Below, in pieces: positions 26,690-37,447 of a DNA stretch of 64,000 nt (within the stretch, counting starts at the first letter, position 1; the number at the start of each line of letters is the position of its first letter). The DNA is from an uncultured Ferrovum sp. (GTDB lineage Bacteria; Pseudomonadota; Gammaproteobacteria; Burkholderiales; Ferrovaceae), in the NCBI GenBank assembly GCA_903867885.1, contig CAIPTD010000153.1, forward strand, positions 17,269 through 81,268. The letters are read 5' to 3'. The translations under genes were made by a program, and so were the position numbers. The notes beneath the pieces were generated by a model. The model was not told the DNA's origin, did not search any database, and was given only the letters and a program-made list of their open reading frames with translations.

Positions 26690-27577
26690 CTATCGCTTCA
26701 AAATTGCAATTAATCCCTCTAATTGATCAAGATCATGAAAGCGCAAAACGATCTCACCCGCGCCCTTTGATTTGGTTTTGATAGTCACAACCGCGCCAAG
26801 GTGATCAGATAACGCTTGTTCTAACTGACGAATATCCCCCCCACCATGCTGGATTTTTCCTAATCCATGTGTTGACCCTTTAGCATTTGACCCGAGCTCT
26901 ACCGGCTGTGCCTCAGTCAATCTTCTTTGCACCATTTGTTCAGTCGCGCGCACATTGAGGACTCGATCAATTACCTCTAATGCTGCCGCAGGCTGTTCTT
27001 CGCTTGGCAGGCCCAGTAACGCTCTGGCATGACCCATATCCAAGGCCCCATCTGAGAGTAGGGTTCGAACAGAAGGCTCTAAATCTAATAAACGAAGTAA
27101 ATTGCTCACCGCTGCCCGAGACCTCCCTACTGCCTTAGCGGCCTGCTCGTGGGTCAACCCAAACTCGTCCACCAGGCGTTGCAAACCCACTGCCTCTTCT
27201 ATGGCATTCAAGTTTTCGCGCTGAATATTTTCAATTAATGCAACGGCCAAAGTTGCTTCATCGGGGATGGCACGGACCAGAACCGGAACTTGATCTAAAC
27301 CCGCCAAGCGTGCTGCTCTCCAACGACGTTCACCAGCAATAATCTCATATCGCTCTGATCCAATCGGTCTAACCAAAATTGGCTGCAATAAACCTTGGCC
27401 TCGAATGGAATCTGCTAAGGACTCCAATGCCGCCTGATCCATATGGGTTCTAGGTTGATATTTTCCTGGTTGCATGGCGTCTAGCGCCAGGCTATTGGGA
27501 ACATCATTTGCGGATAATGGCTCATTACCGGATAACAGCGCGTCAAGCCCGCGGCCCAAGCCTTTTAATTTAACCAT
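26690..27577 (-). CDS. parB: Chromosome partitioning protein ParB (Spo0J)
   Basis: N-terminal GLGRGLDALL; ParB-box IIAGERRWRAARLAG; HTH region (LTHEQAAKAVGRSRAAVSN). Confidence 0.92.
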   Translation of the reverse strand: MVKLKGLGRGLDALLSGNEPLSANDVPNSLALDAMQPGKYQPRTHMDQAALESLADSIRGQGLLQPILVRPIGSERYEIIAGERRWRAARLAGLDQVPVLVRAIPDEATLAVALIENIQRENLNAIEEAVGLQRLVDEFGLTHEQAAKAVGRSRAAVSNLLRLLDLEPSVRTLLSDGALDMGHARALLGLPSEEQPAAALEVIDRVLNVRATEQMVQRRLTEAQPVELGSNAKGSTHGLGKIQHGGGDIRQLEQALSDHLGAVVTIKTKSKGAGEIVLRFHDLDQLEGLIAILKR

Positions 27578-27583
27578 ATTGCT

Positions 27584-28378
27584 TTACTCTTTTTCTGAAG
27601 GTGATGGAGGTTGCTCTGGGCCCTGGCGTCGCAGGAGTTCTGATGCGAGTTCTTGATAGGCCAAGGCGCCTTTTGAATTGGGTTCATAGTGCATGGCGGC
27701 TTTACCGTGACTGGGCGCTTCTGCAAGTCGAATATTTCGAGGAATAACGGTTTGATAAACCTTGTCCCCAAAATGCTCTTCTAGCTGCGCCGAAACTTGC
27801 TGTGCAAGCTGGCTTCGCGGATCAAACATTGTCCGCAATAATCCTTCTATCTCTAACTGTGGGTTGAGATGGTGTCTAACCCGTTTAATCGTTTGTACAA
27901 GATCCGATAAACCTTCCAGCGCATAGTATTCGCATTGCATAGGAATCATGACGCGTTCAGCCGCAGCCAGACCATTCACCGTAAGCATATTTAATGCTGG
28001 AGGGCAGTCTATTAAAACAAAATCATAGGCGTCCGAAGAACTGCTTAATGCCCATCGCAATTGAAACTCACGGTTCGGGAAATCCACCAACTCAACCTCT
28101 GCTCCTGCCAGCTCACGGTTGGCAGGCAGCACCAGATAATCCCCTGCTGGCGATCGGATAGCGACTTCGTTCAGTGCGGCTTGACCGAGCAGTACGTGAT
28201 AAACGGATTGAATTAACGCCGTTTTTTCTATCCCACTCCCCGTAGTGGCATTACCTTGAGGGTCAAGGTCTACCAATAGTATTTTTTGGCCTAACGCCGC
28301 AAGACTAGCGGCAAGATTCACCGAAGTTGTGGTTTTTCCGACGCCGCCTTTCTGATTTGCGATCGCGATGATTTTCAT
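27584..28378 (-). CDS. parA: Chromosome partitioning ATPase ParA (Soj)
   Basis: Deviant Walker A NQKGGVGKTTT; 264 aa; 6 nt upstream of parB. Confidence 0.93.
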   Translation of the reverse strand: MKIIAIANQKGGVGKTTTSVNLAASLAALGQKILLVDLDPQGNATTGSGIEKTALIQSVYHVLLGQAALNEVAIRSPAGDYLVLPANRELAGAEVELVDFPNREFQLRWALSSSSDAYDFVLIDCPPALNMLTVNGLAAAERVMIPMQCEYYALEGLSDLVQTIKRVRHHLNPQLEIEGLLRTMFDPRSQLAQQVSAQLEEHFGDKVYQTVIPRNIRLAEAPSHGKAAMHYEPNSKGALAYQELASELLRRQGPEQPPSPSEKE

Positions 28379-29025
28379 GATGGCTCTATTGCCTCTTCAA
28401 TAGAATCGAAACGCACAATGATTAAGTGGCGGCTTGCTGCTAAATCAGGAAGATCTATGGCTTCTATGGTTGTTTTGGCGTGAGGAGGTAAGCGCCCGAT
28501 TTCTTCGTAGGGAACCAGTCCTTTCATTGCTATTAGCAAGCCTTGAGGCATAAGTATGCGCTCACTAACCCTAACAAAGTCTGGCAAATCCGCAAATGCT
28601 CGGGAAATCACACACTCAAATGAAGTACCCGGAATATCTTCTACTCGCTTACCCAAAACCTCTAAGTTAGTTAGACCAAGCGCTCCTTTTGCCTGACGAA
28701 GAAAAGCAACTTTCTTCTGATTAGGCTCCACCAAAGTAACAGATACGTCAGGACGGGCAATGGCAAGCGGGATACCAGGAAGTCCAGCACCTGAACCAAT
28801 ATCAGCGAGCTGATGTTTCTGTTTGGGTAAATGAGGAATGACACTCAAACTATCAAGCAAATGATGTGTCACCATCCTATCTCGTTCACGAATAGCGGTG
28901 AGATTGATCGCTTGGTTCCATTTCTCTAGCAAAGACAAATAGTCTAATAGGCGAGTTGAAACCTCTGAAGAAAAACTTAAGCCAAAGCGACTCAACCCCA
29001 GTTCCAGAACTTCTTTTTCACTCAT
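28375..29025 (-). CDS. rsmG: 16S rRNA (guanine527-N7)-methyltransferase
   Basis: 216 aa; SAM-binding [15 protein letters not shown]; 4-nt overlaps with mnmG and parA. Confidence 0.9.
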   Translation of the reverse strand: MSEKEVLELGLSRFGLSFSSEVSTRLLDYLSLLEKWNQAINLTAIRERDRMVTHHLLDSLSVIPHLPKQKHQLADIGSGAGLPGIPLAIARPDVSVTLVEPNQKKVAFLRQAKGALGLTNLEVLGKRVEDIPGTSFECVISRAFADLPDFVRVSERILMPQGLLIAMKGLVPYEEIGRLPPHAKTTIEAIDLPDLAASRHLIIVRFDSIEEAIEPS

Positions 29026-30962
29026 GCAGCATGCTCTCCTTGGCTAACTCCGCCACCCAAGGCAACTGAAGCCGCCCCGCGACGCAAATGAACAAGCAAA
29101 AGCGCAATAGCTGCTGGAGTAATCCCTGAGATCCGGCCGGCCTGTCCCAGTGTTGCTGGACGCAGCTTGGTCAATTTTTGTTCTACCTCTCGTGACAAGC
29201 CCTTCACAAGCGTATAGTCAAAGTGCTCTGGGATGCGCGCTTCTTCAAAACGGCGCTCTCGCACCACTTCCTCTTCTTGTCTTGCAATATAGCCTTCATA
29301 TTTCACAGCAATCTCTACCTGCTCAGCGGCTTCTGGTGATACCCCAGCAAACATTTTCAATGCCTCTGAATTGACTGAGGCACATGCTTGCATCATCCCC
29401 ACATAGGATGCCTCTGGACGTTTTAATAAGTCCAACGCAGAAACCTCTCTTTCCAATGGTTTACCAAGCATATCTTCAAGCGCAATAGCCTCGGGGGTAC
29501 GAGGGCGAAGAATCCATGTATTTAAGCGCTCGCGCTCTTCAACAACTTCCGCCTGTTTTTCATTAAATTGTGCCCATCGCAACTCTTCCACCAAACCCAA
29601 GCTTCTTCCTATGGGTGTCAGGCGCGCGTCTGCGTTATCTTCTCGCAATTGAAGCCGATACTCCGCGCGACTCGTAAACATGCGATACGGTTCTGTCACC
29701 CCACGAGTAGTGAGATCATCGACCATCACCCCCAGATACGCTTCATGGCGTTTTGGCCACCAGGGTTCTTCATCTTTTGCCCGCAATGCCGCATTCACCC
29801 CCGCAAGCAAGCCTTGCGCTGCGGCTTCTTCATATCCCGTGGTGCCATTAATTTGTCCAGCAAAAAAAAGCGAAGAAATAACCTGCGTTTCCAACCAAGG
29901 TTGCAATGCACGAGGATCAAAATAGTCGTATTCAATGGCGTAGCCGGGCCTTAGAATTTTTGCATTTTCTAAACCCGGGATAGAACGAACCATAGCCCAT
30001 TGAATGTCTAGCGGCAAACTTGTAGATATACCGTTCGGATAGATCTCATGCGTATCTAAGCCTTCTGGTTCTAGAAAAATCTGATGGCTTTGACGATCAG
30101 CAAAACGGTGGATTTTATCTTCGATAGACGGGCAATAACGCGGGCCCACCCCCTCAATCACACCCGTATACATCGGCGAACGGTCTAAACCGCCACGAAT
30201 GATCTCATGCGTATGCGCTGTAGTATGCGTCATCCAACACGGGACTTGCCTTGGATGTTCTCTTCTATGCCCAATGTAAGAAAAGACCGGCTCCGGGCTG
30301 TCACCAGGCTGAGACTGCAAAGAGGAGAAGTCAATACTGCGGCCATCAAGCCTAGGCGGTGTTCCCGTTTTCAAACGTCCAACCGGAAGATCTAGCGCTC
30401 GCAAACGCCCAGCCAAAGCATTTGAGGGTGCGTCACCTACACGGCCACCCAAGCTTTGACTTAAGCCCACATGGATAATTCCACCCAAAAACGTACCCGT
30501 TGTGAGCACCACAGCGCGCGCATAAACCAACATTCCATGCTGGGTGCGAACACCCTTTACAACGCCACCCTCAACCAGAAGATCTTCCACACTATCTTGT
30601 AAAAGCGCCAGATTGTTCTGCGACTCCAGCATTCCCCTAATCGCTTTGCGATACAAAACTCGATCAGCTTGCGCACGGGTGGCACGAACAGCGGGGCCTT
30701 TGCGGCTATTTAAAACCCTAAACTGAATACCCGCCCTATCAGCTGCAAGCGCCATCGCCCCACCTAAAGCGTCTACTTCTTTAACAAGATGCCCCTTACC
30801 AATACCACCTATAGAGGGGTTACAGGACATTTGACCCAAAGCTTCTAGGTTTTGAGTAAGCAAAAGACAGCTGCCGCCCATCCTAGCTGCCGCCAAGGCG
30901 GCCTCCGTTCCGGCATGGCCGCCACCAATTACGATCACATCAAAATCTTCTGGGTATCTCAT
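29022..30962 (-). CDS. mnmG: tRNA uridine 5-carboxymethylaminomethyl modification enzyme MnmG (GidA)
   Basis: 646 aa; FAD-binding [14 protein letters not shown]; highly conserved GidA sequence throughout. Confidence 0.96.
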   Translation of the reverse strand: MRYPEDFDVIVIGGGHAGTEAALAAARMGGSCLLLTQNLEALGQMSCNPSIGGIGKGHLVKEVDALGGAMALAADRAGIQFRVLNSRKGPAVRATRAQADRVLYRKAIRGMLESQNNLALLQDSVEDLLVEGGVVKGVRTQHGMLVYARAVVLTTGTFLGGIIHVGLSQSLGGRVGDAPSNALAGRLRALDLPVGRLKTGTPPRLDGRSIDFSSLQSQPGDSPEPVFSYIGHRREHPRQVPCWMTHTTAHTHEIIRGGLDRSPMYTGVIEGVGPRYCPSIEDKIHRFADRQSHQIFLEPEGLDTHEIYPNGISTSLPLDIQWAMVRSIPGLENAKILRPGYAIEYDYFDPRALQPWLETQVISSLFFAGQINGTTGYEEAAAQGLLAGVNAALRAKDEEPWWPKRHEAYLGVMVDDLTTRGVTEPYRMFTSRAEYRLQLREDNADARLTPIGRSLGLVEELRWAQFNEKQAEVVEERERLNTWILRPRTPEAIALEDMLGKPLEREVSALDLLKRPEASYVGMMQACASVNSEALKMFAGVSPEAAEQVEIAVKYEGYIARQEEEVVRERRFEEARIPEHFDYTLVKGLSREVEQKLTKLRPATLGQAGRISGITPAAIALLLVHLRRGAASVALGGGVSQGEHAA

Positions 30963-31080
30963 TTTCTTTTATGGAGGTCCATCCGTTCACTATCATTCAT
31001 TACGCAGACGGCTATTCTACTTGAGCGCAGCCCCAACCCCAAGGAACAAAACACTTTAGTTGCAACAAGAACCATGGGCA

Positions 31081-31096
31081 CGTTTCACGTGAAACA
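31081..31096. promoter_or_regulatory. parS: parS centromere-like site (ParB binding)
   Basis: CGTTTCACGTGAAACA matches the chromosomal parS consensus TGTTNCACGTGAAACA at 15/16 positions. The inner 14 bp are a perfect palindrome. It lies in the bioD-mnmG spacer, 2.7 kb from parA and 7 kb from dnaA. Confidence 0.75.
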
Positions 31097-31102
31097 AAAG
31101 GG

Positions 31103-31882
31103 CTAAGCCAGCAAATCTTTGGCGAGGTCTCTCAACAAAATACTCATGGAAGCAATTTTTTCCTCATTCTCCGCACAATACGATCCAAACGTTCGCTTAG
31201 AAGACGCCGGTAAAAAAACATCCCCACCCTTTAGGGTAAGCGGCGGAATAATTGCGGAACATGAAACCCCCATCAGTTTTTCTAGTGTATGAACCGTGCC
31301 CTCTACCGGCGCATAACTGGGATCCGTCCCCGCGTTTGCAACCCAGGCATAAACGGGGATGTTCTTTGCTTTTAAACTTTCCATTGTTAAAAGAGCATGA
31401 TTAATGCATCCCAAGCGAAGCCCAACCACCAAAAGAACCGGCAGCTTCATGGCGCAGACGAAATCGCGTAGGTCGTCCCCTAATGTATTAAGGGGCACGC
31501 GCAACCCTCCCACGCCTTCTACGACCAGCCGCTCACATGCGCTCATTCGCTCGCGCACCCTGTCCTCTAAGTGGGTTAGCGAAACCTCAACCCCTTCGGC
31601 AGCGGCGGCAAAATGCGGCGACGCTGCCAACTTAAAGCGATAGACCGACCTCTCTTCCAAGCACAAAGCGTGGCGATCAGCGCAATCCAAAAAAACAATA
31701 TCTTCCCAAAACGCTTCGGTTTGTCCTGCGTAATATCCAACGGGAACGACCCCACTAGCAACGGGCTTCATGCCGGCGGATTGATAACCCAGATCCAAAA
31801 AAGAACGCACCAATCCTCCGGAAACCAAAGTCTTACCAATGCCAGTATCGGTACCTACAACAAAAAACGCCTTGTTAAGCAC
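31103..31882 (-). CDS. bioD: Dethiobiotin synthetase (with ~35-aa C-terminal extension)
   Basis: P-loop FVVGTDTGIGKT; 8-nt overlap with bioF. At 259 aa it is longer than my recollection of typical BioD length (about 225 aa). Confidence 0.82.
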   Translation of the reverse strand: MLNKAFFVVGTDTGIGKTLVSGGLVRSFLDLGYQSAGMKPVASGVVPVGYYAGQTEAFWEDIVFLDCADRHALCLEERSVYRFKLAASPHFAAAAEGVEVSLTHLEDRVRERMSACERLVVEGVGGLRVPLNTLGDDLRDFVCAMKLPVLLVVGLRLGCINHALLTMESLKAKNIPVYAWVANAGTDPSYAPVEGTVHTLEKLMGVSCSAIIPPLTLKGGDVFLPASSKRTFGSYCAENEEKIASMSILLRDLAKDLLA

Positions 31883-33071
31883 CTCTCCTCTCCTTAAAAA
31901 AACCCACCGACCTTGCAGATTGAACTAAAAGATCAACGTCTTGAAAGGTGTGGGCGGCACTAAGAGAAATTCGTAAACGCGACAAACCAACTGGGACAGT
32001 CGGAGGGCGAATCCCTGCCACCCAGATGCCTTGCTCGGCAAGCAATCGGGCGCAACACATGGTTTCCCCTTCATCTCCCACAATAACGGGAACAATCGGG
32101 GTTCCATAAAAACGAAAGGGGTAACGCGATGCACTGACGGCATCTGACAAACGCGAAGCCAGCATGCGCAACTGTGACCTCTGCTGATCAGCTTCCTGAA
32201 TCAACTTTAATGAGGTGGGGATTGCCCCAACCAAGGCAGGTGACGGCGCTGTACTGAAAACATAGGTGCGCGCGTGTTGTAGCAAGTATTCAACCAGAAA
32301 TGCAGAGGAAGCTACAAACGCTCCGCTTAACCCGGCAGCTTTACCTAGCGTGGCCATCAATATCACCCGATCGGAATAAACCTGCTCTTCAGAAACGCTC
32401 CCTCTACCCTGAGCCCCCAACACACCAAAACCATGCGCATCATCAATTAAGATAAGGGCATCAAACTCTTCAGCCAACTCAAGCAAGCTCGCCAGTGGGG
32501 CACGGTCCCCATCCATACTAAATACGGCATCTGTCACGATTAAACGACGACGGGCAGGCAGAGTTTTGAGAGACTCAGACAAAGCCAGCATATCCAGATG
32601 AGGATAGCGCTCTATGCGCGCGCGACTCAAACGGCAAGCATCAATCAAGGAAGCATGATTGAGATGATCAGAAAAAACCACATCTTCTGGGCTTGTTAAT
32701 AGGCTCGTAATCACGGCCAAATTAGCCATATAACCAGTAATAAAAAGGAGAGCCTCCTCAAAGCCGGTAAACGCAGCCAAGGCTTGCTCAGCATCAGCAT
32801 GGCATTTCATATGACCACTCACCATAGGTGAAGATGCAGCCCCGGCCCCCCAAGAATGCGCCGCACCTGATATTGCATCTTTTAGGTCGGGATGGCTGGC
32901 CAAACCCAAATAGTCGTTGCTCAAGAAAGATAAGGAAGTATGGGGGTTTCCCAAAAGTTGGATACGTGGGCCAGCGGGCAACACCAGCACCTTTCTCTCA
33001 CGCCTTAAGTTTCCTGTTTCCCATTCTGTCGCATCCTTAGCCAATTGAGACAAAAAAAGGGATTCTTTCAT
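31875..33071 (-). CDS. bioF: 8-amino-7-oxononanoate synthase
   Basis: 398 aa; SNDYLGL motif; PLP-lysine context ATLGKAAG; lies between bioA and bioD. Confidence 0.87.
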   Translation of the reverse strand: MKESLFLSQLAKDATEWETGNLRRERKVLVLPAGPRIQLLGNPHTSLSFLSNDYLGLASHPDLKDAISGAAHSWGAGAASSPMVSGHMKCHADAEQALAAFTGFEEALLFITGYMANLAVITSLLTSPEDVVFSDHLNHASLIDACRLSRARIERYPHLDMLALSESLKTLPARRRLIVTDAVFSMDGDRAPLASLLELAEEFDALILIDDAHGFGVLGAQGRGSVSEEQVYSDRVILMATLGKAAGLSGAFVASSAFLVEYLLQHARTYVFSTAPSPALVGAIPTSLKLIQEADQQRSQLRMLASRLSDAVSASRYPFRFYGTPIVPVIVGDEGETMCCARLLAEQGIWVAGIRPPTVPVGLSRLRISLSAAHTFQDVDLLVQSARSVGFFKERRGA

Positions 33072-34390
33072 GTCATGGTCTCAAGAACGCTAGCCGTTAA
33101 GGTCTCGCCTAACCAATGGCACGTTTCTTCATTTAAAAGGTAAGGAGGCATGAGATAGACCGTTGAAGCAATAGGCCTTAATAAAAGTCCACGTTTCTTT
33201 GCCTGTACCTGTATCTGCTTGGCGCGGCCTGAACCTTCAATACAGTCAAATGCAAATACCATTCCCAGGCGACGTAGGTTCGCAACTCCCGAACTATCCT
33301 GAAGAGGTTTAAGTGCTCGTTCTATCCAATGCCCCCGCTGTATATTGTGAACAAGTACATTTTCTTCGCGCAAGAAATCCAACATCGCAACCGCCGCACG
33401 GCAAGCCAAAGGATTTCCAGTAAAACTGTGGGAATGCAGAAACGCTCGCCCTACCCCATCACCCAAAAAAACCTGATAAATAGCTTCGCTCGATAAGACC
33501 AGAGACAAGGGAAGCAGTCCCCCTGTAATACCCTTAGACAAACAAAGAAGGTCTGGCCATACCTCTGCTTGCTCAACAGCAAAGAATGTCCCTGTTCTGC
33601 CGCATCCGGTCGCAATTTCATCCGCTATCCAATGAATAGAATAACGATCACAGAGCGTTCTCACTCCTCGCAGAAAATCAGGGTGATACATCACCATCCC
33701 ACCTGCACCTTGCATTAAGGGTTCGCAAACAAAAGCAGCAAGTGTTGACCCTTCCTTTTTCAATAAAGCCTCTAGCCGTTCCAAGGCTTGGGCTGCCTCT
33801 TCCTGGGGAGATACGCCAACACAATGTGCGCGTCGATTATCGGGTCCATCTATAACCAAAGCGGCGCGCAACAAAGACCGATACTGCTCGCTAAATACGG
33901 CTTGATCGGTAACACCAAGCGCACCTAATGTTTCTCCGTGATAGCTCCCAGCAAGACAAACAAAACGTGTTTTGTGAGGGAGTCCTTGATTACGCCAACT
34001 CTGAGCGCTTTGTTTCAAAGCAATTTCCAAAGCAGAGGCGCCGTCACTCGCATAAGATACGTGAGTCAGCGCCCCGCCCGTTAGGCCAACCAAACTTTCT
34101 GCCAAACTGACTGCGGAAGGATGTGTGAATCCAGCGAGCATAACGTGATCAAGGGTTTCGAGTTGATCATGAAGTGCTTGAACAATGGCGGGGTGTCGGT
34201 GGCCAAGTAAGCATGTCCACCAAGAGGCGATTCCATCAAACCACTTTTGCCCATTTTCCCCGAACAGCCAAGGGCCATCAGCGCTGAGGATGGGTTCAAC
34301 GGGTTCCTCAATCAAGGTCTGCATCTGCGTACACGGATGCCAAACCACCTGTCGACTCCTCTCCGCCAAGTTTATGTGGTTTAGTGTCAT
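33068..34390 (-). CDS. bioA: Adenosylmethionine--8-amino-7-oxononanoate transaminase
   Basis: 440 aa class III aminotransferase; ADEIATGCGRTGTFFA; PLP Lys in CLSKGITGG. Confidence 0.9.
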   Translation of the reverse strand: MTLNHINLAERSRQVVWHPCTQMQTLIEEPVEPILSADGPWLFGENGQKWFDGIASWWTCLLGHRHPAIVQALHDQLETLDHVMLAGFTHPSAVSLAESLVGLTGGALTHVSYASDGASALEIALKQSAQSWRNQGLPHKTRFVCLAGSYHGETLGALGVTDQAVFSEQYRSLLRAALVIDGPDNRRAHCVGVSPQEEAAQALERLEALLKKEGSTLAAFVCEPLMQGAGGMVMYHPDFLRGVRTLCDRYSIHWIADEIATGCGRTGTFFAVEQAEVWPDLLCLSKGITGGLLPLSLVLSSEAIYQVFLGDGVGRAFLHSHSFTGNPLACRAAVAMLDFLREENVLVHNIQRGHWIERALKPLQDSSGVANLRRLGMVFAFDCIEGSGRAKQIQVQAKKRGLLLRPIASTVYLMPPYLLNEETCHWLGETLTASVLETMT

Positions 34391-34432
34391 CGTTTCTTAG
34401 GGGTCATCGGAATGCTGATTAAAGAAGTCGAA

Positions 34433-35746
34433 TCACTTACCAATACAAAAACGGGAGAATATTTCACCCAATAAATCATCTGACGCCAGCTCTCCTAAAA
34501 TGGGGTCTAGCGCTTTCTGCGCAAGGCGTAATTCCTCAGCAAAAAACTCTTCGCGTTCTGCGCTTAAAGCTAATTGCATATGGTGTGCAGATGTACGTAA
34601 TGCACTGATATGTCTTTCACGTGGCAAAAAGCCAGGTTCTACTTGTGCACCCCAACCAAGATGTTCCAGGATAGCCAGTTCCAGCGCTTGAAGACCCTCG
34701 CCACTTTGAGCTGAAACCCACACACCGTCTTGCGTTCGATCTATCGGCTTGACAAGATCAGCCTTAGTCCAAACCTTAAGTGTTGGAGCATCAATAGATA
34801 ATGCTGGAGTGATATCGGTTTCTGTCCCTAACAAATCCACATCGGGCGCTTTAAGCTCTAACACTAAATCAGCCGAATGAGCCTCTGACCAACTGCGTTC
34901 AATCCCCATCTTTTCCACAAGTTCTTCACTACTTCTGATCCCTGCAGTATCAATCAACTCAAGATGAATACCTCTTAGTTCAAGTTGGGTACGAATGGGG
35001 TCTCGAGTCGTGCCCGCAAAGGGACTCACAATGGCCAATTCCTCACGCGCTAATGCATTCAATAGGCTGGACTTCCCAACGTTAGGGGCCCCAAGAAGAA
35101 CGACCCTACACCCCGCCCTGAGAGGATGAAGTTTTTCTGCTTCCTGAAATAACTGATGGAGTGCTTCTAGTACAGTATTTAATTGAGTTTGCGCAAAGAA
35201 TACAGTCTCTGTATCTAAACCCTCCTCAGGAAAGTCCATCCCGCCCTCAATTAGAAGGCGAATTCGGGTCAAACCATCCTGAATATTTCTAACACTCGAA
35301 GAGAACACGCCGTTTAAGGATCTTAACGCCCCCCTTGCCGCAGCTACACTGGTAGCAGAAACGAGGTCTGCCACAGCCTCTGCCTGGGTAAGGTCAAGCT
35401 TTCCGTGAGCGTAGGCCCTACGCGTAAACTCACCCGGCTCTGCTAGGCGAGCGCCCAAAGCTACGCAGGCTTGTAGGATAACCCTGGGGATCACTTCCCC
35501 ACCATGGGTATGCAACTCCAACACATCCTCCCCAGTATAAGAGTGCGGGGCTGGAAACCAGATCAAAAGGCCTTGATCCAGCATTAAACCCGTAGTGTCT
35601 TTAAACGAGGAAAAGTGTGCGTAACGTGGTTTAGGGGTAAACCCACCTAATTGCTTTGCAATTTCAAAGCTTAAGGGACCACTCAACCGAATCACCGCTA
35701 CCCCACCCGGACCTATTGCCGAGGCTATAGCGATGATGGTGTTCAT
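34433..35746 (-). CDS. mnmE: tRNA modification GTPase MnmE (TrmE)
   Basis: G-domain motifs GAPNVGKSSL and DTAGIR; C-terminal FCIGK. Confidence 0.94.
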   Translation of the reverse strand: MNTIIAIASAIGPGGVAVIRLSGPLSFEIAKQLGGFTPKPRYAHFSSFKDTTGLMLDQGLLIWFPAPHSYTGEDVLELHTHGGEVIPRVILQACVALGARLAEPGEFTRRAYAHGKLDLTQAEAVADLVSATSVAAARGALRSLNGVFSSSVRNIQDGLTRIRLLIEGGMDFPEEGLDTETVFFAQTQLNTVLEALHQLFQEAEKLHPLRAGCRVVLLGAPNVGKSSLLNALAREELAIVSPFAGTTRDPIRTQLELRGIHLELIDTAGIRSSEELVEKMGIERSWSEAHSADLVLELKAPDVDLLGTETDITPALSIDAPTLKVWTKADLVKPIDRTQDGVWVSAQSGEGLQALELAILEHLGWGAQVEPGFLPRERHISALRTSAHHMQLALSAEREEFFAEELRLAQKALDPILGELASDDLLGEIFSRFCIGK

Positions 35747-35772
35747 TAAAAGCGCACCTCGCCCTTGAAATA

Positions 35773-37431
35773 TTAGTGAACTGCAGCCTTCTCAATCTTG
35801 CGGGTAATTGCCCATTGCTGCAAGATCGACAAGGTATTATTCACCACCCAATAGAGCACCAAGCCTGCAGGGAAGAAAAAGAACATCACGCTAAACGCCA
35901 AAGGCATAATCATCATGACTTTTGCTTGAACGGGATCTGGGGGAGGCGGTTGCATCTTGGTTTGAATAAAGCTGGAAATCCCCATCAATATGGGCAAAAT
36001 GTATAAAGGGTCTTGAGCACTTAAATCATGAATCCAACCTAAGAAGGGTGCGTGACGAAGTTCAACTGCAGCAAGTAAAGTCCAATATAGCGCGATAAAT
36101 ACCGGTATCTGTATCACTACAGGTAAACACCCACCCAAAGGATTAATCTTCTCTGTTTTATAGAGTTCCATCATGGCTTGGTTACGTTTTTGCGTATCGC
36201 TTTCGTGTAACTCTTTGATACGTTGAAGTTTAGGAGCAACCAAACGCATTTTAGCCATAGATCGGTAGCTGGCAGCCGATAGGGGGAAAAACAGTAACTT
36301 AATACCAACGGTGAGCAAAACAATAGACCAACCCCAATTACCCACCCACTCATTAATGAAAGCCAATACGTGCCAGATGGGAACCGCAATAATCGCAAGC
36401 CAACCGTAATCAATCGTAAGATCCAAACCTTTAGCAAGCGCCTTCAGTTTTTCGCCCTCTTGAGGGCCACTATACAAAGGAACATCTAGAATCCTTGTTG
36501 AACCAGGAGCGATCTCTCCCAAGTCGACAATGACCCCCGAGGCGTATAAGGTGTCGGATACTTTTCTAGCGAAAAACTCCCTAGAAACGCCTGGCGCAGG
36601 AATAAACGCGGACACAAAATAATGTTGCAGCATGGCAACCCAACCATCATTAGCTTGCGGAGGCGTTTTAGCCTTCTCTTTATCAATATCTCCAAACGCC
36701 ACTTTCTGAAATAGTGTTGAATCGGTGTAAAAAGATGGGCCAGTGAAAGTACTTACAAAACGAGGATCACCTGGTGGTGGCGTGGCATCGCGCAAAAACT
36801 GATAGTAGGCATGACCGGGTACTGGGGTACTCGTTGTATTGCGAATAGCCCAACGAATATCAATAAGATAGGTACCACGATGAAAGATATACGTCTTGCT
36901 GGCCTGTAATCCATTCGTTAAGGGTGCGGTTAGAATTAACTCGGCCGTGTCCTTACCGGGTTCTAACTTTACTTGCTGAGCGTTCGGTTCAAATACGGTT
37001 GTATGGTTGGGCAAACCCGATCCAATTAAACCACTTTGGACAACGTACAGAGGCGTCCCAGAATCTTGCATCAATACCATTGGATCGGAGCCATCGTCAG
37101 CAGCCAGATGCTTAAGAAGCACTAATCGACGAAGATCGCCGCCGTTCACATCAATTTCGGCGTGAAAGACGTCTGTTGTAACAGATACTCGGTTACCCTT
37201 CTGCAGGGCAGCGCCTGGTACAACGCTGGATGTTGAACTGGGTGGAACAGCGTGAGGTGAAGAATTCGCAGTCACTCCGGTTGGCGAGACAGAAGGGGGC
37301 GTTGAAACACCTTTAGCCATTTCTACTGCTGCCGGTTTGGGGTGAGGATGTTGATCCTTGTCCCATGCCTCTAAAAGCATGTAACCAGAAAACAAAAAAA
37401 CAGCGAGCGCGATTAAACGATTGGCATCCAT
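35773..37431 (-). CDS. yidC: Membrane protein insertase YidC
   Basis: 552 aa: N-terminal TM, large periplasmic domain, and a conserved C-terminal 5-TM core (PLGGCLP, LVLYWVVNN). Confidence 0.93.
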   Translation of the reverse strand: MDANRLIALAVFLFSGYMLLEAWDKDQHPHPKPAAVEMAKGVSTPPSVSPTGVTANSSPHAVPPSSTSSVVPGAALQKGNRVSVTTDVFHAEIDVNGGDLRRLVLLKHLAADDGSDPMVLMQDSGTPLYVVQSGLIGSGLPNHTTVFEPNAQQVKLEPGKDTAELILTAPLTNGLQASKTYIFHRGTYLIDIRWAIRNTTSTPVPGHAYYQFLRDATPPPGDPRFVSTFTGPSFYTDSTLFQKVAFGDIDKEKAKTPPQANDGWVAMLQHYFVSAFIPAPGVSREFFARKVSDTLYASGVIVDLGEIAPGSTRILDVPLYSGPQEGEKLKALAKGLDLTIDYGWLAIIAVPIWHVLAFINEWVGNWGWSIVLLTVGIKLLFFPLSAASYRSMAKMRLVAPKLQRIKELHESDTQKRNQAMMELYKTEKINPLGGCLPVVIQIPVFIALYWTLLAAVELRHAPFLGWIHDLSAQDPLYILPILMGISSFIQTKMQPPPPDPVQAKVMMIMPLAFSVMFFFFPAGLVLYWVVNNTLSILQQWAITRKIEKAAVH

Positions 37432-37447
37432 GAATCAACGAATTCCT

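Noticed and set aside
34614-34629. parS-like partial matches: TCTTTCACGTGGCAAA at 34614-34629 (4 mismatches) and the half-site CGTGAAACA at 55237-55245.
   Set aside because: Only one half of the palindrome is conserved in each, and both lie inside coding sequence. They are too degenerate to call without ParB binding data.
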